From: Octopus vulgaris
Taxonomy: Eukaryota
Direction of reading: 5' to 3'
Assembly: GCA_951406725.2 (NCBI GenBank)
Contig: OX597821.1
Coordinates: forward strand, 109,616,001-109,680,000
Length of the DNA: 64,000 bases
Position 1 is the stretch's first letter. Each line of letters starts with the position of its first letter. Shown here in pieces: positions 14,629 through 27,450 of the stretch. The notes beneath the pieces were generated by a model that saw only the letters and a program-made list of their open reading frames with translations, was not told the DNA's origin and searched no databases. The position numbers were made by a program, and so were the translations under genes.

Positions 14629-14727
<99 letters not shown>
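14500..14727. repeat. (GACA)n-(TAGC)n-(GATA)n compound tetranucleotide array
   Basis: Direct reading. Confidence 0.95.
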
Positions 14728-15030
14728 TTTGATGGATGTAGAGTCGGAAATATAAAGATGAATATAGGACAGAGGGTACTCAATAGTGAAAGTAGAGTGA
14801 AATGGCACAATTCGTTATTCCGAGTTTTCTGTTTTTACTCAGTAGGCTCAGTAGGCTGAACCGAAGCTAGAATAGAAGAAAACATTTGTATAAAGTACCA
14901 CACAGTAGGAGCGAATAGGCAACCACGTAGTTACAAATTAATTTCTGTATCATATTGTAACTGTGCATGCGCATCTTGTATAAGGCTCTATATAGTCAGA
15001 ATTTCCTGTGTCGAATAAAATACCTTATAT

Positions 15031-15250
15031 CATTTACATAATTTACTTTTGACGGATATTTGTCCTCGTCTTGTTTGTTATTAACGCAACGTTTCGGCTG
15101 ATATAGCTTCCAGCCTTCATCAGGTGTCTTGGGGAAATTTCGAAGAAGGCTGGAGGGTATATCAGCCGAAACGTCGAAACGTTGTGTTAACAACAAACAA
15201 GATGAGGACAAATATCCGTCAAATGTAAATAATGTAAATAATGTAAATAA
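15031..15250. mobile_element. Inverted (fold-back) hammerhead-bearing Penelope-like element, family P1
   Basis: Arms about 15031-15118 and 15145-15240 are reverse complements; same family at 27700-27845 and 38010-38145. Confidence 0.8.
15083..15128 (-). ncRNA. Minimal type I hammerhead ribozyme motif
   Basis: Minus strand GACAC-CTGATGA-A-GGCTG-loop-CAGCC-GAAA-CG-TT-GCGTT (one stem I mismatch). Confidence 0.75.
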
Positions 15251-15310
15251 TTCCTCATCTCTCAAATATAGAACTGTAAAATACCTTACGGTATTTATTC
15301 CAGTTTGAAA

Positions 15311-15541
15311 GGTGGTGAGCTGGCAGAATCGTTAGCACGTCGGACGAAACGCTTAGCGGTATTTCGTCTGCCGTTACGTTCTGAGTTCAAATTCCGTCGA
15401 GGTCGACTTTGCCTTTCGTCCTTTCGAGGTCGATAAATTAAGCACCAGTTACGCACTGAGGTCGATGTCATCGACTACATCCGTTTGTCTGTCCTTGTTT
15501 GTTCCTTCTGTGTTTAGCCGTTTGTGGGTAGTAAAGAAATA
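15311..15541 (+). mobile_element. Full-length family B SINE with 17-bp target-site duplication
   Basis: A-box-like TGGCAGAATCG, B-box GAGTTCAAATTCC; TSD ggtatttattcyagttt at 15290-15306 and 15542-15558. Confidence 0.92.
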
Positions 15542-16152
15542 GGTATTTATTCTAGTTTATTTTATCTTTCTTTGTTTTGAGTTCAAATCCCACCCAAATC
15601 TTGCCTTTCTGCATTTCAGGGTTGATTATATAAAGAAACAGCTAATTAGTGTGGTTTATTTAGTCGTTTGTCGTCATTTCTCTCACAAAAAATTGCTGAT
15701 ATTTTACTTAATTGAGAAGCAATAAGTAGCACCGTATATGGCGCAGTCAGTTTCATCTTCGCAAAATCCAATTTTAAGTTCTTCCAGAGCCATTTGCCGT
15801 TTCATCACTTCCAGAGGGATTAAAATGAAGCAGGCAAGTCCCAGCATATCAGCTGGGTCACATGGCTTTACGAACTCGGATTGGTTTCGGCTCAGAACTG
15901 CCATTTCTCCTACCAAAATTATGTTCTCTGGCTGTTGAGAAAAATAGCCATTATTTGAAATGCTCATTGCAAATTGTCGCACGAGGCCAGCAATTTCTCG
16001 AGTAGCATACGTCAATTACATAGAATCTGGGGCTCAGCTAGAGCTTATTTTAATCGGCCCCGAAAGGATGAAAGGCAAATTCGAAACCAGAACTTAAAGA
16101 CAAACAAAATACCGCTAAATATTTTGTCCGATAAACAGTAACAGCAACGACG

Positions 16153-16196
<44 letters not shown>

Positions 16197-16204
16197 AATA
16201 ATAA

Positions 16205-16450
16205 TGAATACAAGGCAGTGGTCTCATGGATTCTGACCTTAACTGATTGGAAGTGTTATCATGTACATTGTTTTGTCTTAGTATAAAAGATGGGCTACAG
16301 CAAATATTCTGTTCAATACCACAGATTTGCTTGTCAGTTGTTAGACCTTAACCAGTTGAGCATGGCCCTTAGTGGCTGACGATATGTGCATCTCTGATCA
16401 CGAGCAGAAGTAGTGGGGGAGCATCATAGCCATGTGTTGAGAGGGATTCT
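16205..16450. mobile_element. Repeat family E fragment
   Basis: Reverse complement of 38190-38440; next to (AAC)n(AAT)n. Confidence 0.8.
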
Positions 16451-16519
16451 AATATAGGAAAATGAAAGATCCAAAGAAGGGAAGACGGAGGAAAAAAATC
16501 GCCAACGGTACACACGCGG

Positions 16520-16600
<81 letters not shown>

Positions 16601-17042
16601 AAAGTAAAAGTAAAAAAAGATACACACTGGGACAAGAACGTGAAACTTTTAGAAGACGACACAAAAAACACGGACGGGACATTCGAAGCCCTCAATCATC
16701 AGTCAAGAACCGGATCATCTTCGCAATTTCGGCTGATTAATTTTGAGATTATATATATATATATATATATATGCACATGTACACAAATTAGTCATAAGTA
16801 TTCAACAGAACCTTGACATATCAATACGCAGGTCGCCAGTAATGGGTAGATACGATAACAGCAAGTTCAAATTGGGGTAAACAACGAAGCCATCACGGGT
16901 GTATAGGATTCTGGTTGGATATTGCTAAGATGCTGCAGATAAACAAGAACCAAATACAATTTAAACCGTAAATCAGATACTGGTGCTGAGACTAGGTTCA
17001 GCATAACGCCATCGCTTTTCTCTTTACATACATGCATGCGTA

Positions 17043-17342
17043 CATGATGGCTGCCCCCTCGTCATCGAGTATGACCATGGCACGAGGCTTAACTGTTTAT
17101 CAGTGCTGTGATCGAATGTGACTCTCTTACTCTTTTACTTGCTTCAGTCGTTTGACTGCGGCCATGCTGCAGCACCGCCTTTAATCGAGCAACTTGACCC
17201 CGGGACTTATTCTTTTCTGGAAGCCCAGTACTTATTCTATCGGTCTCTTTTGCCGAACCGCTAAGTAACGGGGACATAAACACACCAGCATCGGTTGTCA
17301 AGCAATGCTAGGGGGTCAAACACAGACACACAAACACACACA

Positions 17343-17392
<50 letters not shown>

Positions 17393-17830
17393 TACGACGG
17401 GCTTCTTTCAGTTTCCGTCTACCAAATCCACTCACAAGGCTTTGGTTGGCCCAAGGCTATAGTAGAAGACACTTGCCCAAGGTGCCACTTTTTAACTCAG
17501 CTAAAGATCTACAATGTCTTGTACAGAATTGGCAGCTAAAACCTTTACCGGCAATAGCCGGCTGTAGTCCTAACTGGGCTTCATATCGTTCAAGTCCTCC
17601 CGCCGAATTACACTCCCTTCTACATACCTGACAGATATGATTAGTATTGTGTGTAACACCACCACCAGTTGCCTGGTTGTCAATCATCTGACTCGCTTTA
17701 TGACTACGAAGATGACTCTTGAGTCCAGCTTTACTGAGGCAGGGTCTTGCACAGACACTGCATGTCAGCATAATAGGAAAACGCTCACCATTTTGAAGCG
17801 CAACCTGCTGAAACTGTAAGGAGGATCTGG
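17043..17830 (-). pseudogene. 3' end of an RTE-type LINE ORF2 with three C-terminal C2H2 zinc fingers, interrupted by a SINE
   Basis: CSVC..SKAGLKSHLRSH, CQVC.., CQFC..LAELKS|HIRSQH-stop (resumes across the SINE), then short 3'UTR gtcatactcgatgacgagggggcagccatc. Confidence 0.7.
17124..17488 (-). mobile_element. 5'-truncated family A SINE nested in the LINE
   Basis: gtggcaccttgggcaagt through to tail. Confidence 0.9.
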
Positions 17831-18178
17831 GAACTTCACTCACGAGAGATGGCTGTGAATGACCCGTCCTTGTTTTTTTCCAGTCCGTCTTTGTATCTTC
17901 TATTTGTCGGCTGTTTTATTGTCGTCTGTTGTGTTCTTGTCACATTTTTCGCTTTACACACACGCACATATATATATTTATTCAATCAAATCTCTTGCGA
18001 CTCAACATAGGATCCCTTGATAACAATGTAAACTTCATTTGATTAAGGTATCTTTGGCCTGACGAGTAGTAGCTAGCAGATTATCCCTCGTTTGGATGAT
18101 TACTACGTTCCGAGGTTCTGCTAGCTATGTAACTTGGGTTTTATCTATACCATTCGCCAATTTTGGATTTACATATAT

Positions 18179-18680
18179 ATATAATAACAAAATAATATAT
18201 AAACTTATGCATATATACATACATATATATACGTACCTACATCTATATGTATATATACATGCATATATGGGTACAGGACACCAAAGAATCGTTGAACACA
18301 CGAAAACGTAAAACCAAAAACATGGAAACGGACTTTTTTTTAAACAATGAAAAAACAGAGTGTTTCGGCTACTCCGCGTTTCGATACCTTCGAAACGCGG
18401 AGTAGCCGAAACAGGGCCAACTGAAGAAGGGGAATATTCCTTGTGTTGTATGTCTTGTACTCTGTTTTTTCATTGTTTAAAAAAAAGTCCGTTTCTATGT
18501 TTTTGCTTTTACGTTTTCGTTTCTCATTGTGTTCAACGATTTTTTGGTATCCTGTACCCATATATGCACGTACATATACATATAGATGTAGGTATGTACA
18601 TATATGTATGTATGTATGCATATGTTTATATATTATTTTGTTATTATATGATCGAACGCCACGCATCCACTTCTAAGTAA
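18179..18680. mobile_element. Family G element in inverted configuration with central perfect hairpin
   Basis: Outer arms about 18179-18360 and 18460-18648; inner 24-bp perfect arms 18361-18384 and 18390-18413. Confidence 0.8.
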
Positions 18681-18681
18681 G

Positions 18682-18729
<48 letters not shown>

Positions 18730-19968
18730 TATACACATAAATATTCATATATATATATGTGTATATGTATATGTATGTATTTATATATTTACATACATAC
18801 ATACCATATATTTATACACACATACATTCATACATATACACATACTCGTAGCTGAAACACGAAGAAGACATAAAACGTAGATGTCAAGTATTTGAAGCAA
18901 ATTTCATATTGTGTAATATGAACGCCGAGAACGTTCCTAGACGACGATCTACAAAGTGTTTTATCAAACAACAACACTTGACATAATCTGTTACGTACAT
19001 CCACACATCCGTAGTCGTCGGTCGATGACGAAGATTTTTTTTTTATACACTTAATCATTTTATTCTTTTTATTCGTCTAGTTTGTTTTTATATTTGTCAA
19101 AAGCCACTTTCATTCAGCGCAAAAACGATCAACAATAGACCGCCGCCATTTTGAAATTTTCTTGAATTCTCCTCCAGGCTAAATATATGCGTCACATGCT
19201 TTTCTTATTTAGGCGTAGACATATTATATACATTCATATCACGTTAGGTAGAGAATTTAGAGGTTTGTTTTTGATAATCGCAAACACGGGGGTGGAGGGG
19301 GAGATTAAGACGATTAAAAGACGTGGGTAGTCTAGTTTCGTGTAGTTAGTTCTTGAAAATCTTGTTCTCATTAATTTTGATCGTTAACACCCAGGAAGTT
19401 TCACATCAAGACTAGATGTTTCTGAATACGAGTTATGGAGAGTTATAGATTACGCCTTGTGACGTCTGATAAAATATTAGCTGTGTGGTTGTGATGTTCA
19501 GTTCGCAGTCGCATGGTTCCAAGGTTGATCGCACTCTTTGACATTTTGGGCAGGCGTGTTATGCTGTAGACTTGAGTCGACCGAAAACTTGTGATTGCAA
19601 TTCTAACTCGAAGGAAACTATATGGAATATCGTTATACAATACATACGCACACTCACAGATATGTGCACGTCATATGTAGTTCAGCATACATCACCAAAT
19701 GCAGTGCTTGGATCCATCATCAGTGTTCTTTACTAGGGTCATGGCTGTTTCGGACATTACAACACGGACTCTCATCAAGGTGACGCGACCTAGGTTTACG
19801 AAATCTAGGCCTGTCAGCGTCGCATTGTACTATCTCCCACCGTTAAACTCATTTCAGTCACATCCTTGTAGATATTTTCTTAGCAGCCTCTGCATAATTC
19901 TTGAAAGCTCTTCTTCTGCTCATTCTCGTAATGCTCAGAAATGTATATAATTACGAGGCTTCAATGAG

Positions 19969-20261
19969 TTTTTTCTTTCTCGAGCCACACCTGGCTGATA
20001 AGAGCCGGTTTCTCAGTTTCCTTGGCGTATAGGTTTCCCACCTGGACGTGACGCCGGTCCGTCGCAGGTGAGCTGCAAAATGCAGGAGGAAAGAGTGAGA
20101 GAAAGTTGTGGCGAAAGAGTCAGCAGAAGTTCGCCATTACCTTCTGCCGGAGCTGCGTGGAGCTTAGGTGTTTCGTTCATAAACATCGCCCGGTCTGAGA
20201 TTCGAACCCGCGATCCCTCGACCGCGAGTCCGCTGCTCTAACCACTAGGCCATGTGCCTCC
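19969..20261 (-). mobile_element. tRNA-derived SINE family D with V-domain-like 3' part
   Basis: Head tggcctagtggttagagcagcggactcgcggtcgagggatcgcgggttcgaatc; 3' part cctgcgacggaccggcgtcacgtccagg. Confidence 0.85.
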
Positions 20262-20274
20262 ACGCTTTTCAATG

Positions 20275-20565
20275 AGTTTGGAATGACACAGTTGGGACGA
20301 CAACAGGTATCAACACGATCAGAGACGAAATAAGATGGAGACGTTGGGACTGGATGAGGTACGTCCTCAGACGACAAGATCGAGAGTGGGATTTTATGGT
20401 GGCAATAGATGAACAGCACTAAGTCCATATGGCGACGGACCATTTACAAGGGGAGGAACCGAGAAGGGGTGGAAAAGTTGGAATGAGTCCAGAAGAGTAG
20501 CAGAAAAGAGAGCTGTTTGGAAAAATTGTGTCGCAGACATATGTGCCTATGGCACAGTGAGAAGT
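20275..20565 (+). pseudogene. RTE LINE ORF2 C-terminal fragment (decayed)
   Basis: Translates across frameshifts to IRDEIRWRRWDWMRYVLRR..KSIWRRTI..WKSWNESRRVAEKRAVWKNCVADIC, resembling the RTE terminal motif. Confidence 0.75.
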
Positions 20566-20647
20566 AAATAGCCTCACATTTTCGACAGTTTGGACGCCAA
20601 AAACTGGAATATTTTTTTCACGGATTTCTAAATAACGCTTAAAAGTT

Positions 20648-20850
20648 TGGTACGAGGCCAGCAGTTTCGAGGGAGGGGCTTAGACAATTAAATCGACGAC
20701 AGTACTCCACTAGTACTTATTTTTTCGACCCTGAACGGATGAAACGTAAATTCGACTACGTCGGCATTTGAACTCAGAACGCAAAGATGAACGAAATGCT
20801 GCTAAGCATTTTGTCCGACAGGCTAACAGTTCTGCCAGCTCACCAACTTA
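20648..20850 (-). mobile_element. Family B SINE (diverged)
   Basis: gcatttgaactcagaacg...ttctgccagctcacc. Confidence 0.8.
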
Positions 20851-21644
20851 CAGACTTCTAAATCATGAAAGCTACTGTCGACCAGGCTGTACTTGAACTC
20901 GAAACGTTGAAATAAGGCCGTAACTAAATAGACGACGTAAAACGTTTCACCCTACACTACACACTCTAGCGAATTTGAACATTCAGTGCTCTTCTTTCTT
21001 CACGCTTATTATAATTCAGATAACGTTGTATGGAATAAACATGTAATTAAACTACAGCTGTAAACCGTCTGAGCAAAAAACCATTGTACATCAAGGCTAG
21101 GTCGATAAACTCTCACGAATCGCATTCTCCAAATAACTAGCAGCAGGTAAATAGAAACACTGACAACATAATAGAATACTAGCCATGTATTTGACATCGT
21201 GACTTTATATTTAGTCATAAAGCAAACGCTTTATCTTTATCCACTCAGATGTTACTCCTATTTACAATACATGACATACAAAAGAGCAAGCACACACAAC
21301 CATAGAAACATATAAACCTATAATTATGCTTACGTAGAGATATATTTACCCACCTATATAGTATGAATATTTGCATACAAAAGACTATCTGTTTCTCTGT
21401 CTGTTTAGATATTTATGAGTTTTCGGGTCTATGAAGATATAGAAACATCCCCGTTCACACACACACACACACACACAAAGATACACGCACACACATACAC
21501 ACGCACAAAGATACACTCATATATCAGCGGACACCTATATGTGGGAATTTTTGTTTAAAAGTGTGTGCGAGTGATTATTACCTAAACTGAATATATATGT
21601 ATATATATGGCCTAACACATACACACACACTCACACACACACAC

Positions 21645-21716
<72 letters not shown>

Positions 21717-21731
21717 CTCTCTCTCTCTCTC

Positions 21732-21826
<95 letters not shown>

Positions 21827-22131
21827 TATATATACACGCACACATACATACACACACACATAAATATATATATTTGAATGCATATGTTTATACAAACACA
21901 TACACACACTATATATACATATATAAATGTGTATATATGTATGTATAATAAATACACACACCCACAGACACACACACATATACACTCACTCATCCACACC
22001 CACACGCCAATTACACACATATACTGCTGCGTCATAATCTGTTCAGTAAAATACAAGATCAAAAGAGGTTTCCTTTTCAAAATATGCAGCGTCACTGCAT
22101 TCTATACTTGTCCGGCTGTTGCTATACATAC

Positions 22132-22169
<38 letters not shown>

Positions 22170-22177
<8 letters not shown>

Positions 22178-22350
22178 ACGGAAGAGACGATTATCACATG
22201 AACCTCATTAGCTTACAGCTGTTTCTGCTACAAGAGGCAGTGGACTCATAGTTGAGTCAGGCACTCAACTATGAGTCCACTGCTTCGTGTAGCAGAAACA
22301 GCTGTAAGCTAATGAGGTTCATGTGATAATCGCCTTTTCCGTCACATTTT
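22170..22350. repeat. Long inverted repeat (88-bp arms, 5-nt spacer) between (TA)n tracts
   Basis: 22170-22257 is the near-perfect reverse complement of 22263-22350. Confidence 0.9.
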
Positions 22351-22369
22351 GTTACATATATACATGCAT

Positions 22370-22441
<72 letters not shown>

Positions 22442-22463
22442 GTCCTTGCGGAAGTTGTTGTGC

Positions 22464-22541
22464 GCGGCTGAAGAAGGCCACAGACATACATTATGTATTG
22501 TTATAAATCTGTCTAATAAAGGCCCGAAACATATGTACCGC
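22464..22541 (+). ncRNA. Type I hammerhead ribozyme motif with extended stem II
   Basis: GCGG-CTGAAGA-A-GGCC..GGCCC-GAAA; palindromic stem III ACATATGT; GUA; stem I partner CCGC. Confidence 0.78.
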
Positions 22542-22687
22542 TGAATCCTTGGCATCATGTTTTTATTTTGATCAATTTACTCCACCACCTACACCACCAA
22601 ACGGTATACACAGGTGCTTATAATTATCAAGTACTCACCCCGAATTTCTGTACTCAACTCACCTACGTTGTCACCAGGATTTGATCC

Positions 22688-22763
<76 letters not shown>

Positions 22764-22768
22764 TATAC

Positions 22769-22840
<72 letters not shown>

Positions 22841-23012
22841 TTTGCAAAACAAACAAGGAAAGACTTAATCATTGCAAAGTAGTGGTTTTGTCTCGAATTA
22901 TATAATTATATAATAGGGCTTTGTAAAATAAATTACTTTGCCACATACTGAACTTAGTAGAACTTATATATACATACACACATATATATATATATATATA
23001 TACACACACATA

Positions 23013-24218
23013 CAGGGTAAGTAAGATATTTGAGGACTGATTTATCCTTATAAAACAACATATAATAACAGATGACTTTATTTAGTAAAAAATGGTATGA
23101 GGATAAAAAAATAACAATCAGCTTCAAAAACAGCTTCTATATGAGATCTAAATCATCTACATGCTTGAATCAAGTAGTCCTTGTTCATTTTGGACATTAC
23201 TCTGACTATGGCAACTTTCAAATAATCGTTGTTTTTATGGGCGTGTTCATTGACCTCTTTCTCAACAATGTTCCACATATAATAGTCCAATGTGTTGAGA
23301 TCTGGGGAATTAGAAGGCCAAATAATAGGGGTTATGTGATCATGAATACTTTCAGCCATCCATTCCTGTGTTACTAGTGCTATGTGTGTTAGTGCAGAGT
23401 CTTACTGAAGCACATATGCCCTTCCATTGCATACACTGTCTATCCAATGCGTAGCAATTATTTCCAGGACCTCAATATAGGAGGCAGAGTTCAGTCGAGG
23501 GCCTTGTGGAAAGAGATATGGAGACATCATGTCCTTCATTGCTGATAACCCTTAAAACCATGAAAGTTTGTATGCATAACACTTGGAACTTCAGAAGGGT
23601 CTGCACATAACCATCTGTCATTTCTTCTGTTAACTTTTCGATCTTAATCGAAGTTTTTCTCGTTTGAGAAAAACCAAACCAAATTTTTTTTCTGCTGGAT
23701 TTTTCAGTTTTTTTTAAGAACCTTTCAGATCTGATGTAATGATTTCTTTTACTTTTTCTGACAAATTGACCGTTCCTCATGGAAAACATTTCTGACTGTC
23801 GTGGATATTCGTGACTGTTCTTTCTGACACATAGAGATCTTTTGCAATTGACCCCATGAACTTTCTGGGATTGTACTCAATGGTCTGTTGAATTTGCTGG
23901 ATAAATTCAGGTGTTCTGATGATTTCGGAGCGTTTAGAATGGGTTTTATGCTTTGATATTGGCGATACGTTTCCATCTTCAGTCTCCAGCTCCTTATAAA
24001 CTTTATCGACTAAAGATCTGGCAACTTGTAAAAATCGAGATACTTCTAAATTGCCATGCTTAACCTTTATAACCATAATAACAGCATGCCTCTTCATTTC
24101 TTGAATAAGCTAAAGGTCTACCACAATTATTTTCTAAAACAAAGATTATACAGAGTTAACAAAAAAAACGCAGCAATGAGCCAAAAAACGTATGTCCTCA
24201 AATACCTTACGCACCCTG
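23013..24218 (-). mobile_element. Decayed Tc1/mariner transposon, DD37D (maT-type)
   Basis: TIRs CAGGGTAAGTAAGATATTTGAGGAC / GTCCTCAAATACCTTACGCACCCTG with TA TSD; frameshifted transposase with D-SALTH...WPSNSPDLNTL-D spaced by 37 residues. Confidence 0.9.
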
Positions 24219-24286
24219 TACATATATATATATATATATATATATTGCATATATATATATCTGGGCAAGGTTTTTTTTTATGGATA

Positions 24287-24435
24287 TCGCCCATGCATAC
24301 CGGCCTCCCCTCTCCACGCCACCAGTGTTATCCAAGGGAAAGACAAAGGCCGATACAGCTTGGCACCCGTGACGTCGCAACTCATTTCTACAGCTGAGTG
24401 ACTGGAGCAACCTGAAATAAAGTGTCTTGCTCAAG

Positions 24436-24440
<5 letters not shown>
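24287..24440 (-). mobile_element. SINE family C fragment
   Basis: Matches 29630-29780. Confidence 0.85.
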
Positions 24441-24478
<38 letters not shown>

Positions 24479-24705
24479 AGGCTCGTGCCTAGTGTTAAGA
24501 CTGTTCCATTGATGATCGCGGTCACGATTCCTAGACTGGGTGGCGTATCTCTTATTAGGATATTACTAACCTTTTTTGGTAAGAGTTATTTTTGGCTAGC
24601 GTGTGAGCCGCTTTCGATTAACCTTTTCAATCACACATGCTCTTAGTTAATGCTCTGATGTACATAATATATAGCCGGAAATATCATCCACACACACACA
24701 CACAA

Positions 24706-24794
<89 letters not shown>

Positions 24795-24813
24795 ATATAT
24801 ATATATATATACA

Positions 24814-24849
<36 letters not shown>

Positions 24850-25599
24850 TATAGATAGAAAGAAACAAAAATCTGTATAACGTAGATACATACACATATT
24901 TATCTGTATGTATATATGTATATAAGTAAAGGTATGCTAAATTTATATAAATGAATATATATCTATATAGCTGTGTGTGTATGATTGTGCATAATGCAGT
25001 TGTTCTTTGAGACTTTCTATTAAGAGAACAAATGCCCTTTCGAATGAAACGGCAGTGACAGTAGCTTCTTTGATCTCTTAGCAGTAAGTATCAAATGGTC
25101 ATGGAAATACCTTGTAGAACTGATAAAATAATCATCGCCGTATTTAAGTGAACTACTGGCAAAATTCATGTCGTATTTCATGTTTCTTATATCTGTGCCT
25201 GATCTTTGCTTTTTATATACACATTATATATCTATATGTATATATGTATGTGTGTCTGTATTTATATAGAGACGAAGAGAGAGATAAAAGAAACCAATTA
25301 GAAGTAAATACATAATTCCCATGGAAATTTAGAGTTACTTTTGTTAAATTTACGGTTGATGAAGGGAAAGGTTACGGAAAAAAGTTACAGAAGAAAAGTA
25401 TTTCGTTTTGGATACAGTCTTTCATAAGATACAAAAAGAAAGTCCAGGAGAGAGCGGATAGAGAATGAAAAGAAGGTTGGAGACAAAAATGAAGAGAGAA
25501 AGGAACAAAATGTACGTGGTCTAGGTTAGGTTCACATAAAAATGTAGTTTTGTATGTGTGTAAATGTATGTATGTATATATAAAGACGTTTATGTATGG

Positions 25600-25633
<34 letters not shown>

Positions 25634-25787
25634 TTGAATAGACAGGGAGGTAAACCGAAGGAAAGTGACTATCTATAAGTGCATTCATGTATATATTTTA
25701 TAAATTCTCACATACGCGCACACATACTTTCTCTTCTACTCAGTCTATCTCCCACACACATACACACACCCATAGACAGATAGATTT

Positions 25788-25862
<75 letters not shown>

Positions 25863-25946
25863 CAGCTATCTGTCTGTCTGTTTATCTATCTCTATATCTG
25901 TGTGTGTATGAAGACATACACATAATATACATATACATACAAATAT

Positions 25947-26006
<60 letters not shown>

Positions 26007-26270
26007 AAAATTAGAGAATGGAGAACATACTTAAATCAATAGAACATCAACTATCCGATGATACTCAATCCATACTTTAATACACCATTACATGGAGTAA
26101 AGGCAATATAGGATATATATTATCCCATGGTGGGTTGAATTTTCAACCCCTATCTCATTTTATAACCATATATATATATATATATATATATATACATGCA
26201 CATACACATACATACATATTTGTATGTATATATTGTATATCTTCGTACGCACACGCGACCATATATATAT

Positions 26271-26322
<52 letters not shown>

Positions 26323-26609
26323 TCACGCACACGCACACACGCTCGCTATTGAGACAGACACATACACACGGCGGAGTGACATTGTTCAAATAGGAAAAGT
26401 AAGACTGATTCATCTGTCCGGGTAGATTTATTGCATAACGCCATAATGACATAACCACAGACCTCCACACCTGTGCACAGGTGTGGATCAAACAAGGCGT
26501 TTCGGTTACTGCTATCACTCGCCTATTGTTCGCTTCGCTGTTGTCTTTCTTGCTTATACTTGTTGTTCTTCTTATTGTTATCGTTGTTACTCTGGTAGTG
26601 GTGAAGATG

Positions 26610-27450
26610 GCGGCGGCAGCGGTGAAGGCCTTGGTGGTGGTGATGGTGGTGGTGGTGGTGGCGGCGGTGGTGGTGATGGTGGCGGCGGTGCTGAACTGTC
26701 ACTTGTTAATATAGTTGGTCGTTGGGTTTTTTTTTTCTTCAAATTGTTGCTGTTTTTGTTTATTATTGTTGTTTGTTTGTCTATTTGTCTATTTGTTTGT
26801 TTGTTGTTATTATCTCTTTTAATCATTATTGTCTTGCCAGAATGGTGATGATGATGACGACGACGACGACGATGATGATGATGATGACAATGATGATGAT
26901 GACGAATGATGATGACGACGGCTACGACGACGATGATAGTAGCAGCGATGACGATTTTTGTGACGATAATGATGATGATGATAGTGTTGGTGGTGGTGGT
27001 GGGGTATGTGGCGGTGGAGGTGGTGGTTGTGGTGGTAGTGGTGGTGGTGGTGGTGGTGGTGGTGGTGGTGGTGGTGGTGGTGGTGGTGGTGGTGGTGGTG
27101 GTGATGCTGGTGATGATGATGATGCTGGTGATGATGATGATGATGGTGATGATGAGGAGGAGGAGGAGAAGGAAATGGACAATGGTGAAAGTGATGACGA
27201 CAATGACGTTGGCGGCAACAACGTCCAAGAAAATGACGACGACCATGGGGATTATATCAAGATGACGATGACGGACGGTGAGGTCGGCGACGATAACGAC
27301 GAAATTGGCGATGCTCCTGCTGCCGCCGCTGCTGCTGCTGTTGATGACGACGACGACGACGAGCGTGTTCACTAAGACGATGATGATGACTGCTATGTCG
27401 CCGACAATTACTACCACGACCACCACCACGAACACGACGACGACCACCAC
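26610..27450. repeat. Compound GGT/GAT/GAC trinucleotide low-complexity region
   Basis: Direct reading; open in several frames on both strands. Confidence 0.9.

Noticed and set aside
15704-16015. 103-aa minus-strand ORF in unique-looking DNA
   Set aside because: Starts inside a SINE B remnant; no recognisable motif or splice sites
17457-17843. Host C2H2 zinc-finger gene
   Set aside because: No TGEKP linkers; finger style and 3'UTR fit a LINE ORF2 end; interrupted by a SINE
20105-20170. HDV-like ribozyme in SINE D body (AGC-TCCACG..-GCT-CC-GG-hairpin-CTGA)
   Set aside because: L3-like loop and P4-like hairpin recur in three copies, but there is no room for a 7-bp P1 and no P2 pairing was found
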